Made by a program: the position numbers and the translations under genes. A stretch of 64,000 nucleotides of DNA from the human T2T-CHM13v2.0 reference genome, Homo sapiens: the NCBI RefSeq assembly GCF_009914755.1, contig NC_060931.1; one strand, written 5' to 3'. Position 1 is the stretch's first letter; each line of letters opens with the position of its first letter. Below are positions 43,907 to 64,000 of the stretch, piece after piece. The notes beneath the pieces were generated by a model. The model saw only the letters and a list, made by a program, of their open reading frames with translations. It did not search any database and was not told the origin of the DNA.

Positions 43907-44557
43907 TTCTTCCTTCTTTCTTTCCATCTTCCTTTCTCTTCTCTTCCCTTCCCTTGCCTTCTTCCTTCCTTTCTTCTTTTCCTCTTCCTTTTCTTTTCTT
44001 TTTTCTTTACCTTTCTTTTCTTTCTTTTTTCTCCTTCCTTCTTTCTTTCCTTCTTTCTTTCTTTCCTCTTATTCTTCCTTCCCTCCTCCCTCCCTTCCTT
44101 TCTCCCTCTCTTTTCTTCCTTCTTTTCTCACATTCCTTCTTTCTTTCTCACCTTCATGCTTTCTTTCCTTTTTTCTCCCTTCCACCAGCCCTCCTTTTCT
44201 TCCTTCCTCCCTCCCTTCCTTTCCTCTTTTTCCTTCCTTCCTTCACCTCTTTATTTTCTTTGTTTCTGTGCCTTCCTCCCTTTTACCATTCTCTCTTCCT
44301 CCTTTCCTTCCTCCCTTCCTCCCTTCTTTCTTTCTCTCTTTCTTTCTCTTTCTCTCTTTCTTTCTCTTTCTTTCTTTCTTTCTTTCTTTCTTGTGTTCAT
44401 GCTTTCTTTTTTCTCCCTTCCTGCCTTTCTCCCTTCCTCCCTCCCTCCCTTCCTTCTCTCATTTCCTCCTTCTTTTCTTTCTTCTTTCTTTATTTCCATC
44501 CTTCCTTCTTTCCTTCCTTCTTTTTATTTCTTTGTTTTCTTTTCTTTCTTTCTCTTT
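43907..44557. repeat. CT-rich low-complexity tract, copy B
   Basis: Paralogue of 4838-5465 with a longer (TTTC)n core. Confidence 0.97.
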
Positions 44558-44919
44558 ACTACAATTAATATTATTTTAAAAAAATTAAGAGAGGGAGACA
44601 GAAAAATAAAGAACGCTTTAATCTGCAGGTTAACAGATTATGTCTGCTGTAGGCCAAAGAATGGCCTCCCAAAAATTTTCATGTCCTAATTCCCAGAGTC
44701 TAACATACAAATATGTTAGGTTGCACGGCAATGTGAAATTAGATTTCAAGTGAAATTAATGTTGCGGAAAAATGGTAGAGAGATTGTCTTAAATGGGTGT
44801 GATCAATGAAATCACAAACTTCCTTATAAGTGAAAGAAGAAGGCAGAAGAAAGGCAACCTTGGAGGTGGTGGCATGAGAAATTACTCAACGTCACTGACT
44901 TTTAAGATACAAGAATGAG

Positions 44920-45318
<399 letters not shown>

Positions 45319-46534
45319 TCAGAAAGACTGCAGCCCTGCCCAAAACTTGATGTTAGCCCTGTGAGTTTCATTTAAGGCTTCTGAACTACAGAATTGTAGG
45401 ATTAACGGTCACTTTATCGTAAGATATGAAGTTTGTGGTAATTGGTTACCGCAGCAAGAGGATTTTTATATTGTAATTGTATCATGAAAATGAGAACCAT
45501 AATTTATAATTGCTTTTAATACTGTACTTCGATGTTTGAAATCACGTACGTGGAAATGATCTCTATGTGCATGAGGGAGGATAGCAAATTGATGCCAAAA
45601 TAATGCAAATGCAAATCTTACACTCATTTCTATGTAGGTTTCATTTAACCTTTGAAATTAAAATGAAATTAAAAGATTGTGATCTTTTGATGAAATTAGA
45701 CTAAAATGAACAATAACAAAATAAGAACTTACTTATATTCTTTATATGGTCAATAAAGAAGTGATAGTGGAATAAAACAAGATCAAATGAAGGTGATGAT
45801 TTAGGAAGTTGGAAAGGTAGATGACACCACAATATGGTATATAACCAGTGAACACTTAGACACACTGATTGATGAACTTCAGCTTTTGGCTTGGTGAGAG
45901 CATAAAATGAGAGCAGCTGAGGTTTGCCAATTTGTAATCTCCTTGTGGAAAAACAGGGGAAAACACATCTCAGCCTAATAAGATTTATATACTAAAGAGT
46001 CTAGACTTGATCCATTTGTCCTTGTAATTCAAAAGCTAATTCAAATACTGATTTGATGTATTGTGTGAACAACCATTGCTGATTATCATCGCATACCTGG
46101 CATTCTCTTGTATCTGATATCTAAAATATTTGGTAATTCCTGGACTATCTCTTTTCAAACCCAGTACGGTTTAATTTGAGTCTTAGAACAGTTGTCTTTG
46201 AGAAATTCTTCCCTCTACTGCATCTGTGAATGGGCATAGCATGGTTACATACATACTGTCACTCCATAGAACATTTGTTAAATTAAAGCCAAAGTTTAAA
46301 GCAAGAGCTTTAACTTACTGGTTTTACTAATGGTTTCCTCCCCAATAGCCACAACAATATTGATACCCTCACACCTCTTAACATAAAGCTTGGTGTTGTC
46401 TATTTTTCAGGTGCTGTCATCCATATGATCTCAGTATTTTAAAAATCAGCTTCCAGCCCATATGGTGGTTCATGCTTGTAATACCAGCAGTTGAAGAGGC
46501 TGAAATGAGAGGATTCCTTGAGCCCAGGAGTTCA

Positions 46535-48000
<1,466 letters not shown>

Positions 48001-49605
48001 CTATCTCAAAAAATATATATAATAAAAATAAAACTCAGCTCTCATTGATTTCTATGTAAATATGCCCAGGTAATGTCCACATAGACATAAATAATAATAT
48101 TTCTGACAATGGGTCCATATGATCTTCAAAATGTAAAATACCTACCTGTGTAATTGACTGGTTAGTCTCATTAATGAATATAGATTCAATTCCACTTTGT
48201 TGTTCTAGATAAATTATATAATCTAGCTTTTCATTTCACTTATTTACTGATAACAACAGGAAGAATGACAAGATATCTATTTTGCAAAATTACTCTGGTA
48301 GGAGTAAAGATGAAATAATGACAGAATTGCACGGAAACCTAGAAAAAAGTATGGTCCTATGATATTCTATCACATCACATACTAAAGGCCTCATAAAACT
48401 CAGATATTTTATCTAAAAATGTTATTTTCATCATAGGAATGATCAAAGCATGGGACCACTATTGTATGAAAATGTGCTTGTATCACAAGCACAGGTGTTA
48501 AAAAGGAGGGGAAACATCATTACTGATATTTTCAACGTATGCTTTACTTTTCATCAACATGAACCTCAACTTGATATGATGCAGATAGAAGGAAATCACC
48601 CATAATTCCATATGAAGAAGGCTTGTGATATTTTATGGGAAAATAAATAGAGAAAATGCTAACAGAAATCCTGTTAAGCATGAAGCTTTACGGAGCAAAC
48701 ACAAATCCAGTGGTGAAAGATACACACTCGAGTTCTGTTTGTTGTCTTGGAACAATACGGTTTAGAGGTGACTGGCAGGTGAGGAGAACATATGCAAGTT
48801 CACCAAAGAGAAAAACTGAATGAGACAATGCCTCTTCCTGACCATATCTCTTACTCAGATAACTATAGAATTTATTGTCCAGTAAAGGGTATATTAAAAA
48901 ATCATATTAAAAGTCATGCAGTGAAGTTGTCCAGGGAAATCAAGACTTAACAGTCTCACTCTGACAATAATGAACAGGGGGATTCCCTCAAGATAGACTA
49001 GGACATGACCCCACACTGGCAGGTAGAAGTACCAGAAAAGAATGCATGGAAAATATTTACCTTATGCTTGAGGTAGGAACCAGGCTAAAGTGAAAGCCAG
49101 ACCTAAAATTCTATCTAAAATAAATCCACAATCGAAGAAAATATGTGGTGTACAGGCATAGAATATCTTTACTGGATCATTGAAATAGTAAGATAAATTC
49201 AACTTTTTACATTGTTTTCTTTTCCTCCAGTTAGGGCTTGAGGTTTGTCTCTGGAGAGTGACTGACAATTGCAGCCCTGCCTTTCTGGGGTTCTGGTCAG
49301 GGGGTTGTGGATGCTTAACATGTGCCTTTCACAGGACACTTCCTTACCCTAGCAGTGGCCAGGTGTGCATCCCACGACCAGGCCTCCCTCTCACAGAACA
49401 TCTGTTGAGACTAGGAGATGCCTGGTGACTGTTTCCTGACCTGTGTCCTGTGTATTTCTGACAAGAGGCACTCTCAGAGACCCTGGCCAGGAGGAGAGTT
49501 AGGTTCCAGTGTAGGTCAGCTCAGACACATGGAGGCCACAGAACCAAACATGGGAAATCACAGAAGTAGGTTTATTACTCACAGATCCAGAGAGAAGAGG
49601 GTAGC

Positions 49606-49952
49606 TGAGAAGAGGGTTTAGCTGTGTCCCCAGCCAAATCTCATCTTGAATTCCCACATGTTGTGGGAGGGAACAGCTGGGAGGTAATTGAATCACGAGG
49701 GCAGGTCTTTCCCATGCTGTTCTTCTGATAGTGAATAAGTCTCACAAGATCTGATGGTTTTATAAAGGGGAGTTTCCCTGCACAAGCTCTCTTGTCTTGT
49801 CTGCTGCCAGGTGAGACGTGCCTTTCGGCTTGTGCCATGATTGTGAGGCCTACCCAGCCATGTGGAACTGTGCATCTATTAAACCTCTTTCTTCTGGAAA
49901 TTACCCAGTCTTGGGCATGTCTTTACTGGCGGTATGAAAATGGACTAATACA
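49606..49952 (+). mobile_element. THE1 (THE1B-like) solo LTR
   Basis: GCTGTGTCCCCAGCCAAATCTCATCTTGAATTCCCACATG ... GAAAATGGACTAATACA, with a perfect 5-bp TSD GTAGC (49601-49605, 49953-49957). Confidence 0.93.
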
Positions 49953-52291
49953 GTAGCACATCTCATAGGGCTGAAGAAAATGGGGAAGGTGGGTGGGGAG
50001 CAGGAGAGAGAAAAGGGATCTGTGGGACTCCAGCCTTTATTGGGCACAGAACATTATCCAAATAAGTTTTCCACGGGGCACTAGTCGGTGGGGTGAGTGC
50101 CAGTGAGTCGGTGGGGTGAGTCGTGGCACAATTCTTGACTCCTACTGCAATCGAGCAGGTCACTCTGGCGTGTGGGGGCTGTCCATGTGCACTGTGAGGT
50201 CTGTGGGGTTAGTCAGGTAGGTTGTATCCAACGGTTCCATAGCTGGTAGTCACCAGGAGGAGGCAACTGTGAAGGGTCAATATCTCGGCTAGCCACATTG
50301 AGGAAATTTGAGGGTTAGAGCTGGAAATTGTCAAGGGAATCCTAACCCAGCTACGATATGAGAGAGTTCAACGTATGTTCAATGTGAATGCCATGGCAAT
50401 ACTAAAAGGTAAGAATTCGCTCCATAAATGCTTGAGGTAAATAGGAGAAACCTAGAATTTATGTAAACAGTGAGAAGATTGGATGCGTTTTATGTCACAT
50501 ATTTTAATACTAGCAGCTTATTATATATGTCAATCCATCAGGCATTCAGAAGTATATGCTTATGAAAATTTTTGGCACCATCAGACAAAAGACAAGGGTA
50601 GAAGACATTTGTAACCCTATAAACACTAGTAAATTAAAAACAGAAGGACCTTTATGTCCTAACATATCTGTGTTGTGAAAGGCTGCCCTGTGAAATACGG
50701 GATTTCTTAAACATATTTTAAAAATCATAGGTGTCAACATTTTTTAGAAAGCCATTTAAATTTTCTCTTGTTATTTTACAATGCCTATTTATTTATTTAG
50801 TGGCTCTGCTGATTTTGATGTATATCCTAAACTTTATATTTTCTTTAAATGATGTTTTATACAACTTTATGTAAAATGTTTCAGCATCTTCACATTCTCT
50901 CCCTGTCCTTTTGTTTTGCTCTTATATGGTGTTCTTGAGTCTTTTCTCTGGCTTTTGAAACCTAGTAAGACTAAGACACTAAAGGAACTTTGCCCGTGGT
51001 TTCGTAATGCCTTCCAAAGCACATCTTAAGCTCTCGTGCATACAGGAGTCTCCTTTGAGCTCTGTGCCTTTGAGATCCCATGTACCTAAATTCCAGTACT
51101 CCAAATCAGTACTGCTCGGTTTTAGTGACTAAGTTTAAAAAGGTATTTTAATAGCAAGTTAGTTTAGTGCACTCTGGCTCCTTTCTTGACTGCTTGTATA
51201 CATGTATATTCCTTTAAATGAATCTTGGAATTTATTTAAAAATTTTAAATTATACTAATGAAACTGTATATTGTTGTGAATTCATAAGTGAATTTGGAAA
51301 GTATTTGTCTTTATTATACTAAATCTTTTTTATCCAAGAATCATATATATCCTTGTATTTATTCCAGTCTATATTCATATCACTGAGTAAATATATAGAA
51401 ATGTGGATACATACAGCTGTAGTTATAGATACAAATATAGATATAACATGTTAAATCTATATCTATCCCATATACCATATATACATGTTATATGTCTGTG
51501 TGTATATATATATGTTTATGTTATTAAAGAGCTCTCTTAAAATTTTTATTTTATTTCCCATATAATTTTAGTTCGAGCTTGAATTTTCCTTCTATAAACA
51601 AGCAAATATTTATACTAGTTTTAATACTGATGTTTAGACATTGTATCTTATTTTAGCATTCAATATTTTCACAGTTATTATAAATATTATCTAATAATAA
51701 TGTACCTGTTAAAATATTTAAAATTTTACCTTTGAATTATTTTATTGTTGAATTAAAATTCCTTTAATATGATAGTCAATTTCTATTTTATGCTTTCTCT
51801 ATGCATATACAAATTAATCGATCCACTTCTCTATCTCTATGTAGTAACATATGAAAATCAGGCCTCTCTTCTTCTAATGGACATACACAGGTTTACATAT
51901 AGAATATCAGACCCTTTATTGCATTTAAAATCTGTAAAGACATGAATATTGCATTTTAACGAATATATTTTAGCATCTACTGAGAATCCCCTATTTATTT
52001 TTCATTTGGGCTAATCAATATGATTATTAATATTATTGGATTACCAAATTTGGAAACACATTTTCATCCCCAAGGTGGATATTTGTTTTTTTTTTTTTTT
52101 TGCCAATTTCTTGTCTTACTCTTTCAAATATTGTTGGATATTATTTTTATTTTATTTGGCATTTTAGTATCAACATTTGTAATTGAGGTCCTCTCCATAT
52201 TTTTTCTTCAACATCTGGTGGGTTTTATAATTACTGCTATATTGGATTTGTAGTAGACGTTGACAAAAATTATTCCTGTATGTTTTATAGC

Positions 52292-52840
52292 TGTATAAGG
52301 GAAACTAATATATTTTACCCCTGAATATATTTCCTTGATATATATCAAAATGGCTATTGAGAAGGGCTGGAAATGCAAAGTTAGCTGCAAAGCTGTCTTG
52401 GGGAGATTTGTATCGGTAGAGAATCTGCCTTGATGCAGCCAGGCTTTCTCTGAGGTCTGCACCCTTGTCTGGATCTAGGAAAGTTTAACTGAGAGTCTGA
52501 GGTCTCCAAAGGTCTGAAAGAAACATTTTCTGTCTATTCTCTCTGAGGACTGTTCCCAGTGAGGTTCCACCTAGGTAATAAGTCCACTCTTGCTAGCCAG
52601 GATTGTTTTCTCACATAACCTTTCCTTTTTTTTCCCTGTGATCCAAGACCCCATTCTTTTTGTAAACTTCATGTGGTAGATAAGCTTCTGCACGCATCGT
52701 GTGTCCGGGTCTTCGTTCTAAGGGCTCCAGTGTACACACATTGCAGAAACTTGTATGCCTTTTCTACTATTCATCTGCCCCCTATTAGTGATTTTCAGGG
52801 AAACTTCAGAAGGCAAAAGGGACATTCTCCTTTAGCCCAT
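52292..52840 (+). mobile_element. ERV1 LTR (MER34/MER39-like)
   Basis: ATTTTACCCCTGAATATATTTCCTTGATATAT...GGGAGATTTGTATC...CCCTTGTCTGGATCTAGGAAAG. Related to 54765-55697. Confidence 0.7.
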
Positions 52841-53048
52841 TCTCAGACAAAATCCCCCAACATTTAACTGATTCCTAATAGCTTAAAATCACTTTGAAAA
52901 ATCCATTTATTTATAACCTTTTCTTCCCTTTATGATTTCTGGTCAGCTTGGGTTTTGTTTTTTATTCCATTTATTTCATCCTCGAAAAGATCTATTTTAC
53001 GTCTATTTATTCTCATTTATGGGCATTGAGAAAAGAAAATAACTTTCA

Positions 53049-53479
53049 TGTGAGAAATGCAAGTCCTTTTAAATAATCAGGCCCAGAGAGATATTCAAAT
53101 GAGACAGCAGTTCTGTACTGCTCCTCTTTGAGCGGTGTGTTCATCTAGGCTGCTTGCTGTTGCCACAGTAGCTATAAATTAACCAATAATGCCACACCAG
53201 ACACTATAATCCACACCCGATAATAGTGTAACGGTGTATAGCCAGTCACTAATAAATGTTATTTCCATAAGCCAATGAGAATTTGTGACAAACCTCTTTG
53301 CATCATCCCACTTCTGGACCCATTTTTGCCTTTAAGAAACTGCTTGTTGCAAAGCTCCAAAGGGAGTTCATATCCAAGGATACTTGGGTCTGTTTCTTCC
53401 AGGCAGCTGTCCTCATTTTGGCTCAAGTAAACTCTTTGAATTTCGTTTTGTGCTTCAGACCCTTCAACTTTGATTAACA
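53049..53479 (+). mobile_element. ERV1-class solo LTR (family not assigned)
   Basis: TG...CA termini, CCAAT, TTTAAG TATA-like box and AGTAAA poly(A)-like signal in LTR order. Confidence 0.55.
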
Positions 53480-53593
53480 AAATGGATTTGTGTCACCATG
53501 TACAGCAATTAAAATGTTTACACCTTTCCCTTCGAGGGCACTGATGTGTTTTCCTGAGCACTTGGAATAGCTACGTAGTGTTTCCTGTGTAGA

Positions 53594-53785
53594 TTATGGT
53601 TTCTGAACCTTGGTGCTACTTACCTTTAGGACCAGAGGATTCTTTGTTGTGGGAGGCCGCCCTGGCAATGCTAGGTGTTTCATTTCACCTCTAAATTTCA
53701 CACCTCCACCTGTCTTGACATCCCCACAATAACCCTAGATATTGACAAATGTCTCCTGGGGAAAACTCTCCACTAGTTGACAGGC
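53594..53785. mobile_element. MER20 (hAT-Charlie) DNA transposon
   Basis: TGGTTTCTGAACCTTGG...ATTCTTTGTTGTGGGAGG...AGATATTGACAAATGTCTCCTGGGG. Confidence 0.65.
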
Positions 53786-54764
53786 AAAGTTCTGGAAATA
53801 TTGGAATTGTCAATTGAGATTTTATGTTATCCAAAACAAATATTTTTCTTTGTTTTCAAACATCTGCTTCCATCTACTTAGCTACTTATTTTTACTTTTA
53901 TTTGTAACTTAATTCCATCAAGGAGAGAGAGTGCATTTTCTGTTATGCTAAATTTTTGAAGAATGTATTGATTTTTTATGACCTGATATATGGATGATAT
54001 GTAGATATTACATGTTTGTATTATAAAATTTCAGGGTGATAATAAAATAAATACTTATAATATTTATATTGTCACTGTATATTAGTTATTTTCTTTCTTC
54101 ACTACAGGAGTTTTTCAACCTATAGGCTATTTTTCAATTCTAGGTTATCCAGTAGCTTTTGAAATGTTATGATTAAATATCTACTTCTCAAGCATTCATC
54201 TTTGGAAATGAACAATCCCAAGCTCTTATAATACACATCATATAAAGGGCAGATTAGTCAATATATGGTTCAGAAATAATTATGTAATATTTATAAGAAA
54301 ATTAAAAATTTAGATCCTTAAATCAGATAACAATAATCCAAATTAAAATTTGATTTCATTACATAATTTAAAATGACACCAGAATACTAGTAAAAATGTA
54401 GCTAAGTTTATATAATCTTTTTTAGCTGTAGGACTTTATTAGCATAAATTGAAATACAGGATCCAAAGCAAGAATGAGACCTATAGTGAAAGGTTAAAAT
54501 GTACACATCATAGGGGCATGATTAAGCTAATTTAAAGCATAATAACATGGAGAAATATTGCAAAACATACATTTTACTGAATTAATTGTTAATATCTAAT
54601 CATTATGTGAGAACAAAATTAAACAGTAGCTACACAGGCACACACCCACACACAACTGCAATATTGTCAAATAAACGATGTTCAGCTACACTAGAAATCA
54701 CACATGTGTTTTTTTTCCACAGAGGAGCAAAGATTAAAAATCACAATATTATTTATTGTACATA

Positions 54765-55697
<933 letters not shown>

Positions 55698-57067
55698 AGA
55701 AAAAACAAATATATAGGTGACAAATAATATTTAGAGTGTAAGACGCTTTTTAAAGTTATATTTGCAATTTGTGCCAAAACATTTAAGTATACATTTGTTA
55801 TTTTAACTATAAAATTTCAAATAATTTAAGCAAAATTCATAGTATATGCAGAAAATTAGCAATATATCTATGTAGCACCTTACTGTGCATTACTGTAACC
55901 ATCCTTCTAACATAAAGAAATAATTAAGGTAGCACCTACTTTTCAAATAGTGCAGTTTTTTCACAGACCTATTAAATAAGACAAATAGCATTTAAACGTT
56001 ATTTTTAAATTCGCAGAGTAGTAGTTTTCAGCAGATGGTTTATTTTAGCAAATTCCATCTTCACATTGTGCTATGCTTTTATGAGTTCCAGCTGTTAATG
56101 GATCATATTTTACTGCTGAAACTATCATGTGTGATATAATTGCTCATATGTGCCTTAAAACACAAGCAATATAATTATTTTCAACTTGGAGCAAATTAAA
56201 ATCTTATCAGCAATTTAAAATCTCTAGAGTCGTCTTCTTCTGGTTAATTATTTTAAACTTGTATTTTTCTCTTTATGTTTTTAGTGAGTTGTCTTATCAA
56301 GGAGAAGAACTCAAGCTGATTATTCTTTTTTTCTCTTCCATCCACCTCGCAGGTGTGTTAATAATTTCATTTCTCAGAAAATGTTCTTTCATATCCATCT
56401 TACAAGATGAGAGACCTTTTAACGCCTTCCATTCGGATGTCATACGAGTAATGGAACATATTCTAGCTTCATGAATATGGTGATACAAATAGTTATCCGT
56501 CTAACCTCTTTCTGTGCCAAATGTTTACTTTACTCAGTGAATTACTCAGTTGACTGGAAATTTCTTCTGAAATCACTAATGAGAGGATCAGAGGTCTGGC
56601 TGTGGTCTGTACCTCATATGACTCCCAGTGCAGACAATTGTTTCTATGGAGCACAGACAGTTGAAAGGATTGACTTCCTACCTAGAATAGTTTCTGCTGT
56701 GCTTCTTATCCTTCTTGTGGAGATTTCAGATTATCTGAATTGCTTTTCTATCTTAAGAAAAAACGCAACAATTCTCCCACCTGAGAGGAATGTAAACTGT
56801 AGTAAGTTAGCAGAACCAATCCGTAAAGTTTTTACATTGTTTGTTGCAAAATGCAGCGCTGGTGTCTCCATCACTAACCTTTTCTATCCCTCATTGCTCT
56901 TTCTTTGACTGCAATAGGATACCTCTAGGCAAAGCTGTATTCCCGAGACAGAGTGCCCTTTTGGTGAGCTATAAATACACTCAATGGTAGGCTGAAATAC
57001 TAGCTTTTATCTATGGCGAAATGGAATCATATCAGTGATTTTTTTTTTAAAAAGGAAATTTAACTCT

Positions 57068-57192
57068 TGCTATGGTTTGAATGCTTGCCCCTTCCAATCT
57101 CATTTTAAAATTTTATCCCCAATGTTGCAGGTGGGGCTCACTGGGAGGTGTTTGTTCATGGGGGTTGGACCTTCATGAATGGATAATACCCT
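57068..57192 (+). mobile_element. MST-type MaLR LTR 5' fragment
   Basis: TGCTATGGTTTGAATG...CCCCAATGTTGCAGGTGGGGC...GGGAGGTGTTTG. Confidence 0.7.
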
Positions 57193-59779
57193 CCCTTAGG
57201 AATCTAAAGCTATCCTCCCTCCTCGGTGCCCTCAGGAATGAGTGTACCATTCTTTATTCACCTATAATTCCCCCACCCTTCCTTTTTGAGATATTGATTA
57301 CATGTATGTTACACTGCTGCATATTGTCTGACGTATCAGTGAGTTTCTGGCTTTCTTATTTTTGTTTACCCTTTGTCCTTTAGTTTGTAAATCTTCTATT
57401 TTGTTCTATAAATTTTCTGATGTTAGCGTAAAATCCATTACTTATTCTATCTCATGGAATTTTTATTTCAAATATTTAGTTTTCATCTATACATGTCACA
57501 TTTTTTATTTTATAACTTCCATTTTTCTACTATGTTCAATTTTCATTTAAGTACCTTGACATATATATGTATTTATCTATATGTATTTGTAAAATATATT
57601 TACTTTAAGGACCTTGAAATTTCCTTTTCTGTCATTTATAAATGACTTATTTTTATCCTGTTAATTTATGTCTTAATTATATGTATCTTACGGCTTCTTT
57701 GCATGTCAGAGGCTTTTTTTGGGGGTATTTTGGTGTTATGCTAATGAATATCTAGATTTGATTGGCTACCTTTGAACAATGTTGTGGCAGGCAGTTCAGT
57801 AACTTCAGGATGAGTATTTTTCTGTTGTTGTTTTAAATCTTCTCTTTAAACTTTGTTGAGTTAGTCTAGAGCCATCTGTAATTTGGAGATAAATGAGCAC
57901 TGTCACTAGGGCATGAACCTCAAGTGGTCTTTACTGAATATCGTGGAGGTACAGAGGGGATTCCCTTCTGTGGCTGGTCAGAGCTGACGTGTCTTCCTGT
58001 CATGTGATGCCAGGGAAATGTTCTTCTTCCAACTCCCTGGTACAGTCCTTTGCTGAGCTCCTTAGAATTTCATCCTATGTACATTTGGCTTAGGGACTTG
58101 GGAGAATCCTTAGGATGATTCTTGGTTCCTTTTTCTGTAAACGTTCTCTTCTATCTACACTTTCCAGCTGCTTAACGTTTTTGGATTTTTATCTGGTTCC
58201 TCAGTGCAATGACAATGTCTGCTCTCTCTGGGATTCCTCTCTACTGCTGTCACGGAGAATCTGGGAATAAAGCAGGACTCATTCTGGCTCCTTCTCTTCT
58301 CTTGCCGAGCACAGTCCCGTGCTGCCTGATGTTCAGTACTTCAAAAAAATGTTTCATATATTTTGTCCAGTTTACTATTCTTTAACTCTAAAAGTGTAAC
58401 TCCAGTCCCAGTTACAGCATCATGTTCTGTAACTCTACTCCTTATTGCTTCATTCTGCTATTGTCTGGTATGATCTCCCCTTTCCCTTCTGTAATCAGGC
58501 CAAGAGCATAATATAATACTAGTTATAACTGCACAGGTTGCCTCCGTTGTGTAAAAAAATCACTGAGACTTAACTGTGTCCAACTTTTAAAATGTGAATA
58601 TAAGTACAACTAAAGCTATATTTTGGTTAATATTTGCATTGCATGCTTTTCCATTATTTACTTTCAACATATGTGAAATATGAATATAAATTATAAAAAC
58701 TTTAAGAGAGTCCATTTAGAAAATCTGGTCTGGTTATGTTTTACCTGGTTTAATACAACGTGCATTCTTGAATTCAGGGTCTAATATAATTGGTACATAT
58801 ATCTATTTGGAGAAAAAAAACTTGACAATATTTTAAAATTAATTTATCCAACTCACAACTTATATGCTTCTGCTGTTGTATGGAAGATACATTTTAAACT
58901 TTATGAGATAGCATCCTGTTATACAGTCAATATCCAATTAAATTTCTCCCTATGTTTATTTCTTTCATTAAAAAATAGTTCTTCTAACTGCAAACTTTTA
59001 TCAGGGATCATGGCTCTTCTACCTGAAGAATAATCTTTAGTATTTCTTTTCCTGTGGGTCTGCTTGGGAGAAATTCTTTATTGTATCTTTTGCTTTTGAT
59101 GGATATGTCCACCAAGTAGACAGTTCTAGGTCAGCACTTATTTTATTTCAGGACTTGAAAGATATCAATACCTCACTTGTTGGCTTTCGTTGTTTCATTT
59201 GAGAAAGTTGTTATCAGTCAACTCTTTCTCTTTGTAGTTAGCCCAATTTCTTTATCAAGTGCTCTTTACATTTTTCTTTTACTTTTCAGAAATTGTCCCA
59301 TTATGTTTCTAGATGTGTCCTCCGTGTGTGTTTTCCTTTGCTTTGAAAAGCCTCCTGAACCTGTCGTTTAATATTATTGGTCAATTTTGATAAAACCTCT
59401 AACATTGCCACTTAAAATGCTGTTCAGACAAGCTGTTTTCTCCTTCTTAGATTTCAACGTGATAGTTTATTACTCTATCCTTCATATTTTTTAAATGACC
59501 TTTCTCCACAATTTTTTTAGTTGGTTAATCTGTATTAGTGTATATTTTGTTATTTTATTCTATTTTATTTTATTATTATACCTTAAGTTTTAGGATACAT
59601 GTGCACCATATGCAGGTTTGTAACATAAGTGTTCATGTGCCATGTTGGCGTGCTTCACCCATTAACTCGTCATTTAGCATTAGTTATATCTCCTAATGCT
59701 ATCCCTCCCCACTCACCCCACCCCACAACAGTCCCCGAAGTGTGATGTTCCCCTTCCTGTGTCCATGTGTTCTCATTGT

Positions 59780-63604
<3,825 letters not shown>

Positions 63605-63667
63605 TATGATGTTAGCTGGTTATTTTGCTCGTTAGTTGATGCGGTTTCTTCCTAGTCTCAATGGTCT

Positions 63668-64000
63668 TTACAATTTGGCATGTTTTTGCAGTGGCTGGTA
63701 CCAGTTGTTCCTTTCCATATTTAGTGTTTCCTTCAGGAGCTCTTTTAGAGCAAGCAAATCTCTCAGCATTTGCTTATCTGTAAAGGATTTTATTTCTCCT
63801 TCACTTATGAAGCTTAATTTGGCTGGATATGAAATTCTGGTTTGAAAATTCTTTCCTTTAAGAATGTTGAATATTGGCCCCCACTCTCTTCTGGCTTGAA
63901 GAGTTTCTGCCGAGAGATCAGCTGTTAGTCTGATGGGCTTCCCTTTGTGGGTAACCCGACCTTTCTCTCTGGCTGCCCTTAACATTTTTTCCTTCATTTC
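63668..64000 (-). pseudogene. L1 ORF1p C-terminal part (partial)
   Basis: MKEKMLRAAREKGRVTHKGKPIRLTADLSAETLQARREWGPIFNILK...YPAKLSF...QPLQKHAKL. Confidence 0.93.

Noticed and set aside
50082-50121. Short direct repeat AGTCGGTGGGGTGAGT x2 (and a 22-bp repeat at about 15731-15776)
   Set aside because: Simple local slippage duplications with no further structure.
56471-56908. 145-aa ORF in non-repeat DNA
   Set aside because: No recognisable homology or motif. Its length is compatible with chance, and it cannot be supported without a search.

Overview
Primate (hominid, very likely human) pericentromeric-type segmental-duplication DNA. There is no intact protein-coding gene, RNA gene or CRISPR array. 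The window holds two direct copies of a large repeat unit about 39.07 kb apart (1-9128 matches 39067-48218). The first copy lacks 9.6 kb present in the second and has a second breakpoint about 170 bp later. The centre of the unit is a composite module: a ~3.4 kb (CATTT)n-like satellite, a ~3 kb duplicated fragment of KSR1 (exon 1 plus putative start of intron 1, minus strand, pseudogenised), and a ~1.2 kb GC-rich (GGGCAAAAAGCCGCGGC)n repeat. The rest is transposon-derived: Alus, a 5'-inverted L1PA2-like insertion shared by both copies, a disrupted L1PA3/4-like element running off the right edge, old L1M/L2, MaLR/ERV LTRs, and Tigger/MER20 DNA transposons. Almost all ORFs in the track are L1/Alu or low-complexity translations. 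I do not see evidence for a genuinely new biological system. The most worthwhile leads are the KSR1/GC-repeat/satellite module and the rearrangement history of the duplication. Repeat family names and reference sequences are from recall of consensus sequences, not from a search.
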